Part shown: positions 45,992-55,590 of the stretch, piece by piece
Numbering within the stretch: position 1 is the stretch's first letter
How the letters are laid out: every line of letters begins with the position of its first letter
Source of the DNA: an uncultured Gammaproteobacteria bacterium
Lineage (GTDB): Bacteria; Patescibacteriota; Patescibacteriia; Magasanikbacterales; JBBTXJ01
Direction: 5' to 3'
DNA length: 64,000 nt
Assembly: GCA_964610305.1 (NCBI GenBank)
Contig: CAZSVL010000003.1
Location: 13,122 to 77,121 of the forward strand
Position numbers and translations under genes: made by a program
The notes under the pieces: model-generated
Seen by the model: the letters and a program-made list of their open reading frames with translations, nothing else
Databases searched by the model: none
Told to the model about the DNA's origin: nothing

Positions 45992-46112
45992 AGACTAAAC
46001 TTGTGCATCTAAGTTGTAAAACAGTACAGGCCACTGTACAGATGAGGGCCGACGCTCCGGTCGACCCCCCGACTTCGACTCTGTCGAACGTCGGGGCTAA
46101 GGGCCCAGACTA
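45981..46112. repeat. 17-bp direct repeats (tRNA-Ala positions -6 to 11) flanking a 50-nt twin-hairpin insert (46046-95) plus ~49 nt. The upstream copy is a tRNA-Ala 5' pseudo-fragment with the insert after position 11.
   Basis: gctaagggcccagacta at 45981-45997 and 46096-46112. Between them: GGGCCCTTAGC[insert]TCATCTG... Confidence 0.7.
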
Positions 46113-46175
46113 TACGTAAACGCGGTCATAGTATGCCACAGAGCGCTAAATTAGTCAACACGGTTATGGTATAAT

Positions 46176-46682
46176 ATGCCCATGAAGAAAAAGGCGACAA
46201 AAAAGTCTGCAAAGCTAAAACCCGCTGCTCTTGCAGCAGAGGCAAGCGCTCTGTATGACAGCGCGGGAAAAGTAATAAGTAGAATTGTTAGACCCGCAAA
46301 GTTAGAGTTTAAGCTAAAAGATTTTATGCAGGTGGTTGTTGGCGCAACCCTGCTTGCGGTTCCTCTTTGCTACACGGAGGAGGTTTGGAATTTAGGAACC
46401 GTTTTGCCTTTTTGGAATGTGGCGGGAATTGGCGTAATGTCTCTCTTTTTTGTGGCTCTCTTTGTTTATTATAGAATTTATCAAAAATACTTTAAGACGC
46501 ACTATCTCACTTTTTTTAAGCGAGTCTTGTCTATTTATATAGTTTCATTTGGTTTGGTTGCTTTGCTTCTTACTTTAATACAACAAGCGCCTTGGGCCGT
46601 TGATCATATGGTGGCTATAAAGCGCGTGATTATTGCGGGTCTTCCCGCCTCTATGAGCGCCGCCGTGGCAGACATGATTTAA
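46176..46682 (+). CDS. Hypothetical membrane protein (4 TM helices)
   Basis: Lys-rich N-terminus then hydrophobic helices. No family recognised. Confidence 0.55.
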   Translation: MPMKKKATKKSAKLKPAALAAEASALYDSAGKVISRIVRPAKLEFKLKDFMQVVVGATLLAVPLCYTEEVWNLGTVLPFWNVAGIGVMSLFFVALFVYYRIYQKYFKTHYLTFFKRVLSIYIVSFGLVALLLTLIQQAPWAVDHMVAIKRVIIAGLPASMSAAVADMI

Positions 46683-46685
46683 GCT

Positions 46686-47528
46686 ATGATGGAAGCCTTC
46701 TCATATTATTTTGCAGAAATAGTAACGCGCATTGGTCTAAAGGCGGTACTTATTTTGTTAGGCGCTTTTTTGATACGGCAAATTTCTAGGCTGGTTATAG
46801 GAAAAGTGGTGAGAGCAACCGTGGTGCCAGATGATCATGTTACTGATGAGGCTGAGAAAAAAAGAGAGGATACCATCATTCATGTTTTTTCTGGCGCATT
46901 TGGCGTCGTTTTATGGACGGCTGCTGCGATGATGATAGTTTCAGAATTTGGCATTGATATTGGACCGCTCATTGCAGGCGCTGGAATTATTGGTGTGGCG
47001 GTTGGTTTTGGTGGGCAGTATTTAATAAGAGATGTGATCTCTGGGCTCTTCATGATTTTGGAGAATCAATATAGAGTGGGGGATTCTGTTTGTTTGAACG
47101 ATACCTGTGGTGTGGTGGAAGAGATTAGTTTGCGCGTAACGGTGCTGCGAGATTTGGATGGCGTAGTACATCATATTCCAAACGGGGAGATTAAGTTAAC
47201 ATCTAACAAATCAAAATCTTTCTCGCGTATCAATTTAAATGTAGGAATCAGCTATGAATCTGATTTGAAAAAAGCCATTGCCACTATAGAGGACGTTGGA
47301 AAGAAGATGGCAAAAGACAGAACATGGAAAACAAAATTAAAAAAGCGCCCCACGTTTTTGCGTGTAGATGACTTAGCGGACTCTGCTGTTGTTCTTAAAA
47401 TAGTTGGAGAGACCAAACCAGGAGATCAATGGGCAGTAACCGGAGAGCTCAGAAAGAGAATAAAATTGGCGTTTGATAAAGCGGGAATAACCATACCGTA
47501 TCCACAATTGACTATCCATCAGAAATAA
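46686..47528 (+). CDS. Mechanosensitive ion channel (MscS family)
   Basis: Three TM helices then MscS beta-domain (GFGGQYLIRDVISGLFMILENQYRVGDSV). Confidence 0.85.
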   Translation: MMEAFSYYFAEIVTRIGLKAVLILLGAFLIRQISRLVIGKVVRATVVPDDHVTDEAEKKREDTIIHVFSGAFGVVLWTAAAMMIVSEFGIDIGPLIAGAGIIGVAVGFGGQYLIRDVISGLFMILENQYRVGDSVCLNDTCGVVEEISLRVTVLRDLDGVVHHIPNGEIKLTSNKSKSFSRINLNVGISYESDLKKAIATIEDVGKKMAKDRTWKTKLKKRPTFLRVDDLADSAVVLKIVGETKPGDQWAVTGELRKRIKLAFDKAGITIPYPQLTIHQK

Positions 47529-47560
47529 AACACCGGCCGAAATCTCGACCGGTTTTTTGT

Positions 47561-49003
47561 TTACCAACCCTCTTGATGAGGTTTTCCTTCTTCATAACCG
47601 GCAGAGCTTTGTGCGCCTATAAGTGCCTTGTGATGGAATTGTTCTAGATTTCTTGCGCCAGCGTACGTACATGCCGAGCGAATGCCGGCAGAGATTGCGT
47701 CTATGATGTCCTCGGCAGATTCCTGTCCTGGCTTGAGATATAGTTTTGAGGTGCTGACTCCTTCTTGAAAATAATGCTTACGGGCAAAGTTAAAGGCATT
47801 AGCGCTGCGGTTTCTGTCTGTTACAGCACGAGCTGATGCCATACCAAAGTTTTCCTTATAGAGCATGCCATCTTCATCTCTTTGTGTGTCGGCGGCAGAT
47901 TCATACGTGCCTGCAAACCACGTGCCTATAAAGGCAGAACTAGCACCGGCCGCTATGGCAAGAGCTGCGTCGCGCGGGGTTTTAATACCGCCGTCTGCCC
48001 ATACGTGAGCTCCCAAGGATCTGGCCACTTTTGCACACTCTACTACAGCAGAAAATTGGGGTCTTCCAACACCGGTCATCATTCTGGTGGTGCACATGGC
48101 TCCAGGCCCTACCCCTACTTTTATAATACTAGCACCTGCTTCTACTAAGTCTTTTGTGGCGGCAGCGGTAACCACGTTTCCCGCTACAAGCGGCCTGGCT
48201 CTGCCAAGAACAGCACGTGCTGTGCGTACAGCTTCTATCATTTTCTGCTGATGTCCGTGCGCCGTATCCAAAACAATAATATCTATGCCAATATCCAGCA
48301 GTGCTCTTATTTTTTCTGTTACGTTTTGATTGACTCCCACTGCTACACAGGTAATAAACTGATTTTGTTGATTTAGTGCTGGCTTATATATAGTTGCGCG
48401 CAAGGCGCCACCTTCTGTGAGTACGCCAACAAGCGCGCCGTTTGGATCAATTATAGGCATTACGGGTACGCGTCTATCTTTAATACGCTCAAATATCTGC
48501 TGCGGTGTAGAGCCCAAAGGCATGCTAATCATTTCTTTAGACATGGCATCTTTTATTCTGGTGAAACGATCCCGTTGAAAAGCATCTTTTTCCATGAAAA
48601 TGCCGGTGGGTTTGTTTTCTTTATTTACCACCATCACGGCACGGTGAGCTCTTTTGTGAATTAAGTTTAGCGCTGTTTGAATACTATGATCTTCGCGCAA
48701 TACTACTGGTGTTTCTACTACCGTATCTCTTGTTTTTAAGTATCTTACCACCTGCGAGAGCCGTTCAAGCGGCATGTCTTGCGGCAGCACGGTTATGCCA
48801 CCACGGCGTGCTACGGTTTCACTCATTCTTTTTCCGGCTACCGCCGTCATGTTTGCTACCGCAATAGGAATGGTGGCGCCAGTGTTATCGCTTGGCATTA
48901 AGTTAACTTCCATTCTGGACGTGGCTTGCGAGTACTGGGGAACTAAAAAAACATCGCTGTAGGTGAGCTCTTTGTTTTGGTCTTCTGGGTGCAGGAATCT
49001 CAT
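47561..49003 (-). CDS. guaB: Inosine-5'-monophosphate dehydrogenase (with CBS pair)
   Basis: TIM-barrel motifs VGVGPGAMCTTR, GGIKTPRDAALA. CBS domains in the N-terminal half. Confidence 0.93.
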   Translation of the reverse strand: MRFLHPEDQNKELTYSDVFLVPQYSQATSRMEVNLMPSDNTGATIPIAVANMTAVAGKRMSETVARRGGITVLPQDMPLERLSQVVRYLKTRDTVVETPVVLREDHSIQTALNLIHKRAHRAVMVVNKENKPTGIFMEKDAFQRDRFTRIKDAMSKEMISMPLGSTPQQIFERIKDRRVPVMPIIDPNGALVGVLTEGGALRATIYKPALNQQNQFITCVAVGVNQNVTEKIRALLDIGIDIIVLDTAHGHQQKMIEAVRTARAVLGRARPLVAGNVVTAAATKDLVEAGASIIKVGVGPGAMCTTRMMTGVGRPQFSAVVECAKVARSLGAHVWADGGIKTPRDAALAIAAGASSAFIGTWFAGTYESAADTQRDEDGMLYKENFGMASARAVTDRNRSANAFNFARKHYFQEGVSTSKLYLKPGQESAEDIIDAISAGIRSACTYAGARNLEQFHHKALIGAQSSAGYEEGKPHQEGW

Positions 49004-49042
49004 AGTTGATTTGCTTGGGTTCTGATTGTACTATAAATATGC

Positions 49043-49705
49043 ATGAATAAGAAAGAGCGGGCTGTTGAGATTATTAAGAGGCTTAGGAAAATCTATACCA
49101 AGACTGATGATGATTTTGTATCGTGGAGTAATCCGCTAGAGCTTGTAATTGCTACGGTGTTGTCTGCGCAGTGCACGGATAAGCGCGTAAATATGGTTAC
49201 CAAAGATTTGTTTAAGAAGTATAAAACAGCAAAGGATTATGCAGGTGCGCGTATTGAAGAGTTAGAGCAGGATGTTAAATCTACGGGTTTTTATAAAAGT
49301 AAGGCGAAGTACTTAATTGGCATTGGAGAAATTTTAGAGCAAAAGCATAAAGGCAAAGTACCCGCCGAGAGGGCAGCCTTGCTTGAACTGCCAGGTGTGT
49401 CCTTCAAAACGGCAGATTTAGTTATGGCAAAAGCATTTGGAAAAGCTACTGGTGTGGCAGTGGATACGCACGTTAATAGATTGTCGGCACGGTTCGGCCT
49501 CACAGAAGAAAAAAAATCAGCAGACAAGAAAGCCGCTGACTTAGAAAAGCTCTATCCAAAGGAGGATTGGCTTGATGCAAATGAATATATGATTCTACAC
49601 GGCAGAGCTGTTTGTGTTTCAAGAAAACCGCGCTGCCCTGAGTGTCCTCTCAGGGACATCTGCCCAAGCGCAAAGAAATTTACGGCTGAGTTTTGGAAAG
49701 CGTAA
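49043..49705 (+). CDS. nth: Endonuclease III (DNA-(apurinic or apyrimidinic site) lyase)
   Basis: HhH-GPD motif LPGVSFKTADLVM... plus the C-terminal 4Fe-4S cluster CVSRKPRCPECPLRDIC. Confidence 0.9.
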   Translation: MNKKERAVEIIKRLRKIYTKTDDDFVSWSNPLELVIATVLSAQCTDKRVNMVTKDLFKKYKTAKDYAGARIEELEQDVKSTGFYKSKAKYLIGIGEILEQKHKGKVPAERAALLELPGVSFKTADLVMAKAFGKATGVAVDTHVNRLSARFGLTEEKKSADKKAADLEKLYPKEDWLDANEYMILHGRAVCVSRKPRCPECPLRDICPSAKKFTAEFWKA

Positions 49706-50012
49706 CAGGCAATCTCAATCTGCGCTCAACAATGAAGTTGATAAGTGGGTGATTTTGAATAGCCGCCTTCCCGTGTTTAGTAATCGCGTATTTATTCTCT
49801 CCGCCAGTGATGATTACTTTTCTTGGACTTCTGTCCATAAGACTCACGACGGCCGTAAGGTTGAGCTGCAGACCAAAGGATTCTTGAAAGAATTTTTCCA
49901 GCTCATCCCCGGTTTTGGGTCCATCAATAAGACCAAGTAGAATGAGTATGTTGTCCCTAAGCACTTTGCCTCCTTTTTTTAAAAAGCTATCACAAAATGA
50001 CGGCTTTGTCAA
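49680..50012 (-). CDS. PadR-like winged-helix transcriptional regulator (tentative)
   Basis: ILILLGLIDGPKTGDELEKFF resembles the PadR recognition helix. Confidence 0.45.
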   Translation of the reverse strand: MTKPSFCDSFLKKGGKVLRDNILILLGLIDGPKTGDELEKFFQESFGLQLNLTAVVSLMDRSPRKVIITGGENKYAITKHGKAAIQNHPLINFIVERRLRLPVTLSKTQP

Positions 50013-50052
50013 GGTTGCAATGCGCTCCTAATTACGGTATGCTCTAAGGGTT

Positions 50053-50283
50053 ATGGCAACAAAGTATAAATGCGGAAAATGCAACGGGAACAAGTATCGC
50101 AAAGGGCAGGTGTGGATGTCCGGAAGTTTTTGGCGTCGCATACTTAACGTGAATAACCGTCATTTTATAACCCATTCATGTGGCAATTGTGGCTACACCG
50201 AGTTTTTTGAAAAGATTCCCGTAGGCGCAAAGGCAAAAAGAAAAGAAAAAATGCAGGAAGTCCTGGAGGTCTTGATAGATTAA
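50053..50283 (+). CDS. Small zinc-ribbon protein (CxxC...CxxC)
   Basis: YKCGKCNG...SCGNCGY, 76 aa. Confidence 0.55.
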   Translation: MATKYKCGKCNGNKYRKGQVWMSGSFWRRILNVNNRHFITHSCGNCGYTEFFEKIPVGAKAKRKEKMQEVLEVLID

Positions 50284-50334
50284 GCAAAATCTGATAGTAT
50301 AATCGGTGACAAAAGTCACCTTTTAAAATCCCAA

Positions 50335-50406
50335 GCGGGTATGGTATAAGGGCTATTATTTCTGCCTTCCAAGCAGACGATACGGGTTCGATTCCCGTTA
50401 CCCGCT
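50335..50406 (+). tRNA. tRNA-Gly (anticodon TCC); probable native copy
   Basis: GCGGGTA-TG-GTATAAGGGCTATTA..TCTGC-CTTCCAA-GCAGA..CGGG-TTCGATT-CCCG-TACCCGC-T closely resembles the canonical E. coli tRNA-Gly(UCC) sequence. Confidence 0.85.
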
Positions 50407-50460
50407 CAGATTCAAAAACAGCCGATCAGGGCTGCTTTTGGTTTACTGTTTCGGAACCGT

Positions 50461-50982
50461 TCAGCGTTTCAGTTGGTTGAAAATTTTGTCGTCAAATTCA
50501 TCAGGTTTGTGTTTCAAAATAGCGTCAGCATTTTTTTTGCAATACAGTAATTCACCCTCATTATTTTGACTTTCGTACCATTTGAAACTATCCAGAATGT
50601 CAGCTGCTTTTATGATAAGAGCATCTTGCCCATTATCAGAGCATCGTTTGATGAGTTCGTTTATTTTTTCATCTTGATCAGTAATAGTATCATCTTTTGT
50701 GTTTGCCATTACAAGAGTAGTCACTCTCTCGCCAAATTCCTCTCTAAGCATTTCTTCAGAGATGTCGGACCATTCTAATGCATCATGCAAAACACCAGCT
50801 AGGACGATATCCGCTGAATAACCGTTCTCGTACAAGTAAACTCCAACCCTTATATCATGAAACAAGAGAGGCTTTCTACTGTTCTCATCTGATCCTGGTA
50901 AGTGCTTGGCAAGAAAGCGGACTGCCTTTTCAAATTTTATGTTAAGTTGCGTGTTCATAGGTTTAAGCATTATATCGCACAC
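50461..50982 (-). CDS. HD-domain phosphohydrolase
   Basis: HD motif LLFHDIRV...LHDALE. AT-rich gene. Confidence 0.65.
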   Translation of the reverse strand: MCDIMLKPMNTQLNIKFEKAVRFLAKHLPGSDENSRKPLLFHDIRVGVYLYENGYSADIVLAGVLHDALEWSDISEEMLREEFGERVTTLVMANTKDDTITDQDEKINELIKRCSDNGQDALIIKAADILDSFKWYESQNNEGELLYCKKNADAILKHKPDEFDDKIFNQLKR

Positions 50983-51068
50983 GAGTCGTTAGTCAACCTA
51001 GTTCTAACGTCATACACTAGCCAGCTCAAAACAAAAAAGAGTCCTTGTGGCTCTTTTTTCGTGCGATT

Positions 51069-51548
51069 CTACAGTGATGCAAGTAGTTCCATTATTTTTT
51101 TTACGGTTTCCTCTTCAGACAAGTCCGAATTATCTATCTGATAACCCACCTTTATCTTTGTTGTAATAGAATGAACATATTTTGCGGTTTGTTCACCGTA
51201 AACATGTGGTCTTTTAGAGTCTCTTTCTATGCATTTTTCAACACCACTGATTAAAGTAAAAATAATCACGTCATCTTTAAAATTTTCTTTTAAATCATCT
51301 ATTTGTTGCTGGTAATAAAAACAGCCGTCAACAATGAGAGACGCTTTACTCTTTTGAGCAGTTGCAAGAATGATTTCATTTGCCTTTAGAAAACTCTCTA
51401 AAGTGATTCCGTCTTTAGTTTCTAAATTATTATCATCTATGATTTTGTCCAAAGATAAATAATCTGTCTTAAGTTTTTGTGCAAGTATTTTAGAAACAGT
51501 AGTTTTACCTACTCCCAGTGGCCCTCTGATTACAATAATTTTTTTCAT
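51069..51548 (-). CDS. P-loop NTPase (AAA/kinase-like)
   Basis: Walker A GPLGVGKTT, 159 aa, AT-rich. Confidence 0.6.
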   Translation of the reverse strand: MKKIIVIRGPLGVGKTTVSKILAQKLKTDYLSLDKIIDDNNLETKDGITLESFLKANEIILATAQKSKASLIVDGCFYYQQQIDDLKENFKDDVIIFTLISGVEKCIERDSKRPHVYGEQTAKYVHSITTKIKVGYQIDNSDLSEEETVKKIMELLASL

Positions 51549-51691
51549 ATCTTATGTAGATTATATACAAAAGCGCTTAATCGTCAAAGAAATTACGTTC
51601 TAACACCGAGAGAGGCTGTTTGCTAATTGCGTGTCACTTTCACTATTTAATCTGTGTTATAATCTAATCACTTATTATTACTTATAGTCAT

Positions 51692-52069
51692 ATGGAACTC
51701 TCAATAGTGGTAGCTCGGATTATAGCCATCTATTACGTGGTGATGGGAATCCGGATGTTCACCGGCGGTCTTAACTTAAGTAAGATGCTCAAGGAGTTTG
51801 AAGATTCCTCTGCACTTGCTCTGATTACCGGTTTTATAATGATGGTTTTGGGTGTCTTGCTGGTTCAATATCACAATATATGGGTAAAAGACTGGACGGT
51901 TATCGTTACTATTTTTGGATGGGCACTACTGCTGAAGGGAATTCTTTACGCTCTTCATCCGCGCACGTTGTTTTCATGGGGTAGAAAATTTGTTAAGACG
52001 CATAATTCTTGGGGAGCAATCATTATTTTGATTGGACTAGTCATGGGATACTTTGGATTTATCGCTTAA
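51692..52069 (+). CDS. Hypothetical small membrane protein (4 TM helices)
   Basis: Hydrophobic profile only. Confidence 0.5.
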   Translation: MELSIVVARIIAIYYVVMGIRMFTGGLNLSKMLKEFEDSSALALITGFIMMVLGVLLVQYHNIWVKDWTVIVTIFGWALLLKGILYALHPRTLFSWGRKFVKTHNSWGAIIILIGLVMGYFGFIA

Positions 52070-52219
52070 AAAACTTGACAACACAGCCTGCGCGTGCTAT
52101 GGTAGATACAGAGCATTGGCTGCATCACCACCATATTGTACCTTTGTCCTCAAAAACAAATGCGTACAATCCGCTAGCCGCTCAACGCGGTTTTTTGGTG
52201 GTCAAAATCAGGAGGGATA

Positions 52220-52942
52220 ATGGCGGACAGTACAGAATCAGCGCGATTTGAAGGTCTTCCAAGAAGAATTCCCACTACACCGTTTGGATTGGTAATAGCG
52301 CACGGCCTTAAAGATGGGCTATTAAGAACAACTTCCAAAAATGGCAGCGATGCTATTGTCTGGCGCTTGGTTGAGGTGGATCTTTTGCCGCATGAGGATG
52401 AGCGCTGGGTAGAGCGTGAGAATTTCATTAATGCTATGAGTGATCTACTCAGCCACCATCTGGACGAGCTGTGTAGAATCCTTGTGGATCTAGAAGTTCA
52501 TCCACTTCATGGAAAGGGCCAAGAAGGTTTGGTCAATGCTGCGGTAAGGCAGTGGGATCAGATTGGGCTTGGCCCCGCGCTTACACAAAGCATGATTCGT
52601 GTTGGGATGGTTGGTAACTTTATGCACTTTGAAGGACTGCTACCTGGCTACATAGTGCTTCAGCTGTGTGCGGTGGGTCCTGTTTTGCGGCTGCGTGAAA
52701 GGCGTGCTGAAAAAAAGGAGCCTCAGAAAGCTGATCCTTGGGACAACTCGCGGTTGCGCGACCGAGAAGAGGTTGCAGAGGTTGCAGATCTTCTTCTGGG
52801 GGAAATGGATGATTTGTTTGAGGCGGGTGTGGATCGCGTGGAAGAATCCATGCGGCGTGCAAAGCAGCGCGTGGAGGGTTTGTGGGGTAGATTTAAGACG
52901 GGGGTGGATTCCTTTTTTGAGGAACCTGGTGATGATAAGTAA
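52220..52942 (+). CDS. Hypothetical protein
   Basis: 240-aa ORF with an acidic C-terminus. No family recognised. Confidence 0.45.
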   Translation: MADSTESARFEGLPRRIPTTPFGLVIAHGLKDGLLRTTSKNGSDAIVWRLVEVDLLPHEDERWVERENFINAMSDLLSHHLDELCRILVDLEVHPLHGKGQEGLVNAAVRQWDQIGLGPALTQSMIRVGMVGNFMHFEGLLPGYIVLQLCAVGPVLRLRERRAEKKEPQKADPWDNSRLRDREEVAEVADLLLGEMDDLFEAGVDRVEESMRRAKQRVEGLWGRFKTGVDSFFEEPGDDK

Positions 52943-52974
52943 TGTTGTGCCGACGAGCGTGTCTCGTCGGCCTT

Positions 52975-53541
52975 TTAAAATGCAGCTTTTCCAAATGGTA
53001 CGGAAAACGCCTTGCACCAGATCCATACTTCATTGTATTGGTTTAGATCCAGATTTTTAGGAATTTGATAGTTTTGACCACCGATGTTTCCCTTTAGGCG
53101 TGCTACTTCTGTGCCGTATGTTCCATCTTTTCCGAGGCCTACATAGAGGTCTGGGCCGTTCGTCACCAGAAAATCATCCTCTAGTCTTATGTAATCAGTG
53201 GCATTTATAGAAATTACAGTAGCTTTGCCGCTTGCTTTGTGATTTTCAAGACCCTCAAATGATCCCACGCCAATAACACTAGCGGGAACGGGTTCTGGCT
53301 CTTGTGGCTCACGCGGCTCTTCTGTTTTTTGTGTTGATGTTTCTGGTGTTATCGCTTCTGCAGCCTGCTCCGGCAGCATAAGTTGTTTTAAGCCATCCAC
53401 CTCTCCAAATTCAGATTCGTGCTCCATTACTAAATCCTCCAGAGATTCGTTTACCTGCTCGTCTAAAAAAAGTGGCGATCCCAAGTACCACCCTAATCCG
53501 AGGGCAGCCAAGACAGCCAAAGTGATAAATATTTTTTTCAT
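52975..53541 (-). CDS. Secreted DM13-domain protein
   Basis: Signal peptide MKKIFITLAVLAALGLG. C-terminal ...GNIGGQNYQIPKNLDLNQYNEVWIWCKAFSVPFGKAAF matches DM13. Confidence 0.65.
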   Translation of the reverse strand: MKKIFITLAVLAALGLGWYLGSPLFLDEQVNESLEDLVMEHESEFGEVDGLKQLMLPEQAAEAITPETSTQKTEEPREPQEPEPVPASVIGVGSFEGLENHKASGKATVISINATDYIRLEDDFLVTNGPDLYVGLGKDGTYGTEVARLKGNIGGQNYQIPKNLDLNQYNEVWIWCKAFSVPFGKAAF

Positions 53542-53622
53542 ATGTTTTGATTGTATCAGCCGCAGGCAATATTGACTAATTGAGCGCACCTTTGTATTAT
53601 AGAGCGGTAAAAAGTAAAACAA

Positions 53623-53694
53623 GCGGGCGTCGTATAATGGTTATTATACGGCCTTGCCAAGGCTGAGATGGCGGTTCGATCCCGCTCGCCCGCT
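53623..53694 (+). tRNA. tRNA-Gly (anticodon GCC)
   Basis: GCGGGCG...CGGCC-TTGCCAA-GGCTG...GGCGG-TTCGATC-CCGCT-CGCCCGC-T. Followed by the terminator AAAAACCCAGCttttGCTGGGTTTTT. Confidence 0.8.
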
Positions 53695-53820
53695 CAAATG
53701 AAAAACCCAGCTTTTGCTGGGTTTTTCTATTTGTAAGAATATCCTCCCCTTGCGTCTTCTCTAAAGAAGAGAGGATCATCCATTTTTTTCAAGGGATGAT
53801 TTTTTTGCTATACTACGCTT

Positions 53821-55464
53821 ATGACATTACAAAAAATACATCCAAAAGCGGTTGCGTTTTTTTTGATCGCCTTTTTAGTCTTAGCGCTGACTCCTAAACC
53901 TGCAGGAGCATCTTCGCCATACGCTCCAGAAGAGCTGGTGAAAGGATCAAGTGATACGGTCTACTACATAGGCCAAGACAACATGAGGTACGTTTTCCCT
54001 AATCAAAAAGTGTACATGAGTTGGTATGAGAATTTTGATGATGTGCGCACTATTGCCGATGCTGATATAAACGCTACGTCTATTGCTGGCGTGGTGAGAT
54101 ACAGACCAGGTGTGCGCATGATAAAAGTGCCGGATGATCCAAAAGTATATACGGTTTCCTCTCAAGGGTTGGTGCGCCATGTTTTAGATGAAGATGTTGC
54201 GACAGATCTTTATGGAACAGCGTGGAATACTTTTATAGATGATATGCAGGCGTCACTTTTTGTAAGTAATTACAATTTTGGCGCGGTCATTTCAGGCGCA
54301 AGTCAGTATGATCCAGCAGCTCAAACAGCCGCAGCAACCACTATTAGCGCAGATTTTGGTTTGATTGATACCACTACAGAATCTTCAGAGCCGTCTGGCT
54401 CTTCCGATGATATAACTTCTGGCACAGATGATCAGACAAGTGGTGATGGTGATGCTCAAGATACTTCAACTTCTGACCCAGATCCAGATCCGGAACCAGA
54501 GCCAATTGCGGTGCCAACACTCTATAAAGATATGGAAGCATTAGTATATGCTCCCTCTGATTCTCAAAAAGTATACGGCGCTTCTTCTGATCCAAATGTT
54601 GGTATTATAGTTAGCAGCAATGGCGGCACTACCTGGACAACCAGCAGAGATGGAGCTTCTGCCAGCGCTTTGGCAGTGAATCACGCAGATCCTAATGTGG
54701 CGCTTGCTGTAGAAGGTGGTGTAATTTTAAGAACCGCCGATGGCGGATCCCAGTGGGAGGCGGCCACCGTGCCAACAGATTTTTCTGACGCGCTCGGACT
54801 GGATTTTTCAAAGACAGACTCTGATGTTGCATACGCTGTCTCTGCAACCATACTAATTAAGAGCGTTGACGGTGGTGTAACGTGGGAGAGAGTGAATGTG
54901 GTAAACGCCAACACCTATAATTATACTGGCGCAATGGAAGTGTCTCATACTAACAGTAGTTTGCTTTTGGTGGGATCTACCAAAGGTGTGCAGCGTAGTG
55001 TTAACGGTGGTATGGATTGGACACAGCACAAGCCCGGTCAGGGAGAAATGCTGCCAGTACGCAGCTTGGCGCTTAATCAAGCCAATACGTCTGTGTTTTA
55101 TATGGTGACAGACGAGGGGATTTGGTACACGGCAGACACGGGAGATAGTTGGAATGTTGCCAAGGCGCCAGATGTAGCACACGCAGAAGTGCACAACATA
55201 GCGCTTGCGGAAAGTGACACCAATATATTGTACATAACCACAGAAAGCGGTGTCTTTGTTAGCACTGATAGAGCGGTAACATGGGAGGGGAAAACAGACG
55301 GTATGGTTTTGGCAGATTCTCACGCAATCGCTGTTGCTCCAGATGACGCTCTAGCAGTATTGGCAGGAACAGACGATCAGGCAGAGGATAATGGTAATGA
55401 GGGCATTTACTCGAGCACAAACGGAGGAGAAGAGTGGGCCATTGTTGGAGCATTGATATTCTAA
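53821..55464 (+). CDS. Secreted BNR/Asp-box repeat (beta-propeller) protein
   Basis: Signal peptide. At least 7 S-x-D-x-G-x-T-W repeats (SSNGGTTWTTS, TADGGSQWEAA, SVDGGVTWERV, SVNGGMDWTQH ...). Confidence 0.75.
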   Translation: MTLQKIHPKAVAFFLIAFLVLALTPKPAGASSPYAPEELVKGSSDTVYYIGQDNMRYVFPNQKVYMSWYENFDDVRTIADADINATSIAGVVRYRPGVRMIKVPDDPKVYTVSSQGLVRHVLDEDVATDLYGTAWNTFIDDMQASLFVSNYNFGAVISGASQYDPAAQTAAATTISADFGLIDTTTESSEPSGSSDDITSGTDDQTSGDGDAQDTSTSDPDPDPEPEPIAVPTLYKDMEALVYAPSDSQKVYGASSDPNVGIIVSSNGGTTWTTSRDGASASALAVNHADPNVALAVEGGVILRTADGGSQWEAATVPTDFSDALGLDFSKTDSDVAYAVSATILIKSVDGGVTWERVNVVNANTYNYTGAMEVSHTNSSLLLVGSTKGVQRSVNGGMDWTQHKPGQGEMLPVRSLALNQANTSVFYMVTDEGIWYTADTGDSWNVAKAPDVAHAEVHNIALAESDTNILYITTESGVFVSTDRAVTWEGKTDGMVLADSHAIAVAPDDALAVLAGTDDQAEDNGNEGIYSSTNGGEEWAIVGALIF

Positions 55465-55503
55465 ATAATTAAAAAAACGCGGCAGTCCGCGTTTTTTTGT
55501 TTG

Positions 55504-55586
55504 TCATCGCGAGGAGCATAGCGACGTGGCGATCCCGTGGCTAAGCAACGGGATTGCCACGGGGGCATGCGCCCCCTCGCAATGAC
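55504..55586. repeat. GTCAT-family long-hairpin repeat (subtype B variant)
   Basis: GTCATCGCGAGGAGCATAGCGACGTGGCGATCCCGTGG...CCACGGGGGCATGCGCCCCCTCGCAATGAC. Preceded by the bidirectional terminator ACGCGGcagtCCGCGT. Confidence 0.7.
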
Positions 55587-55590
55587 CAAC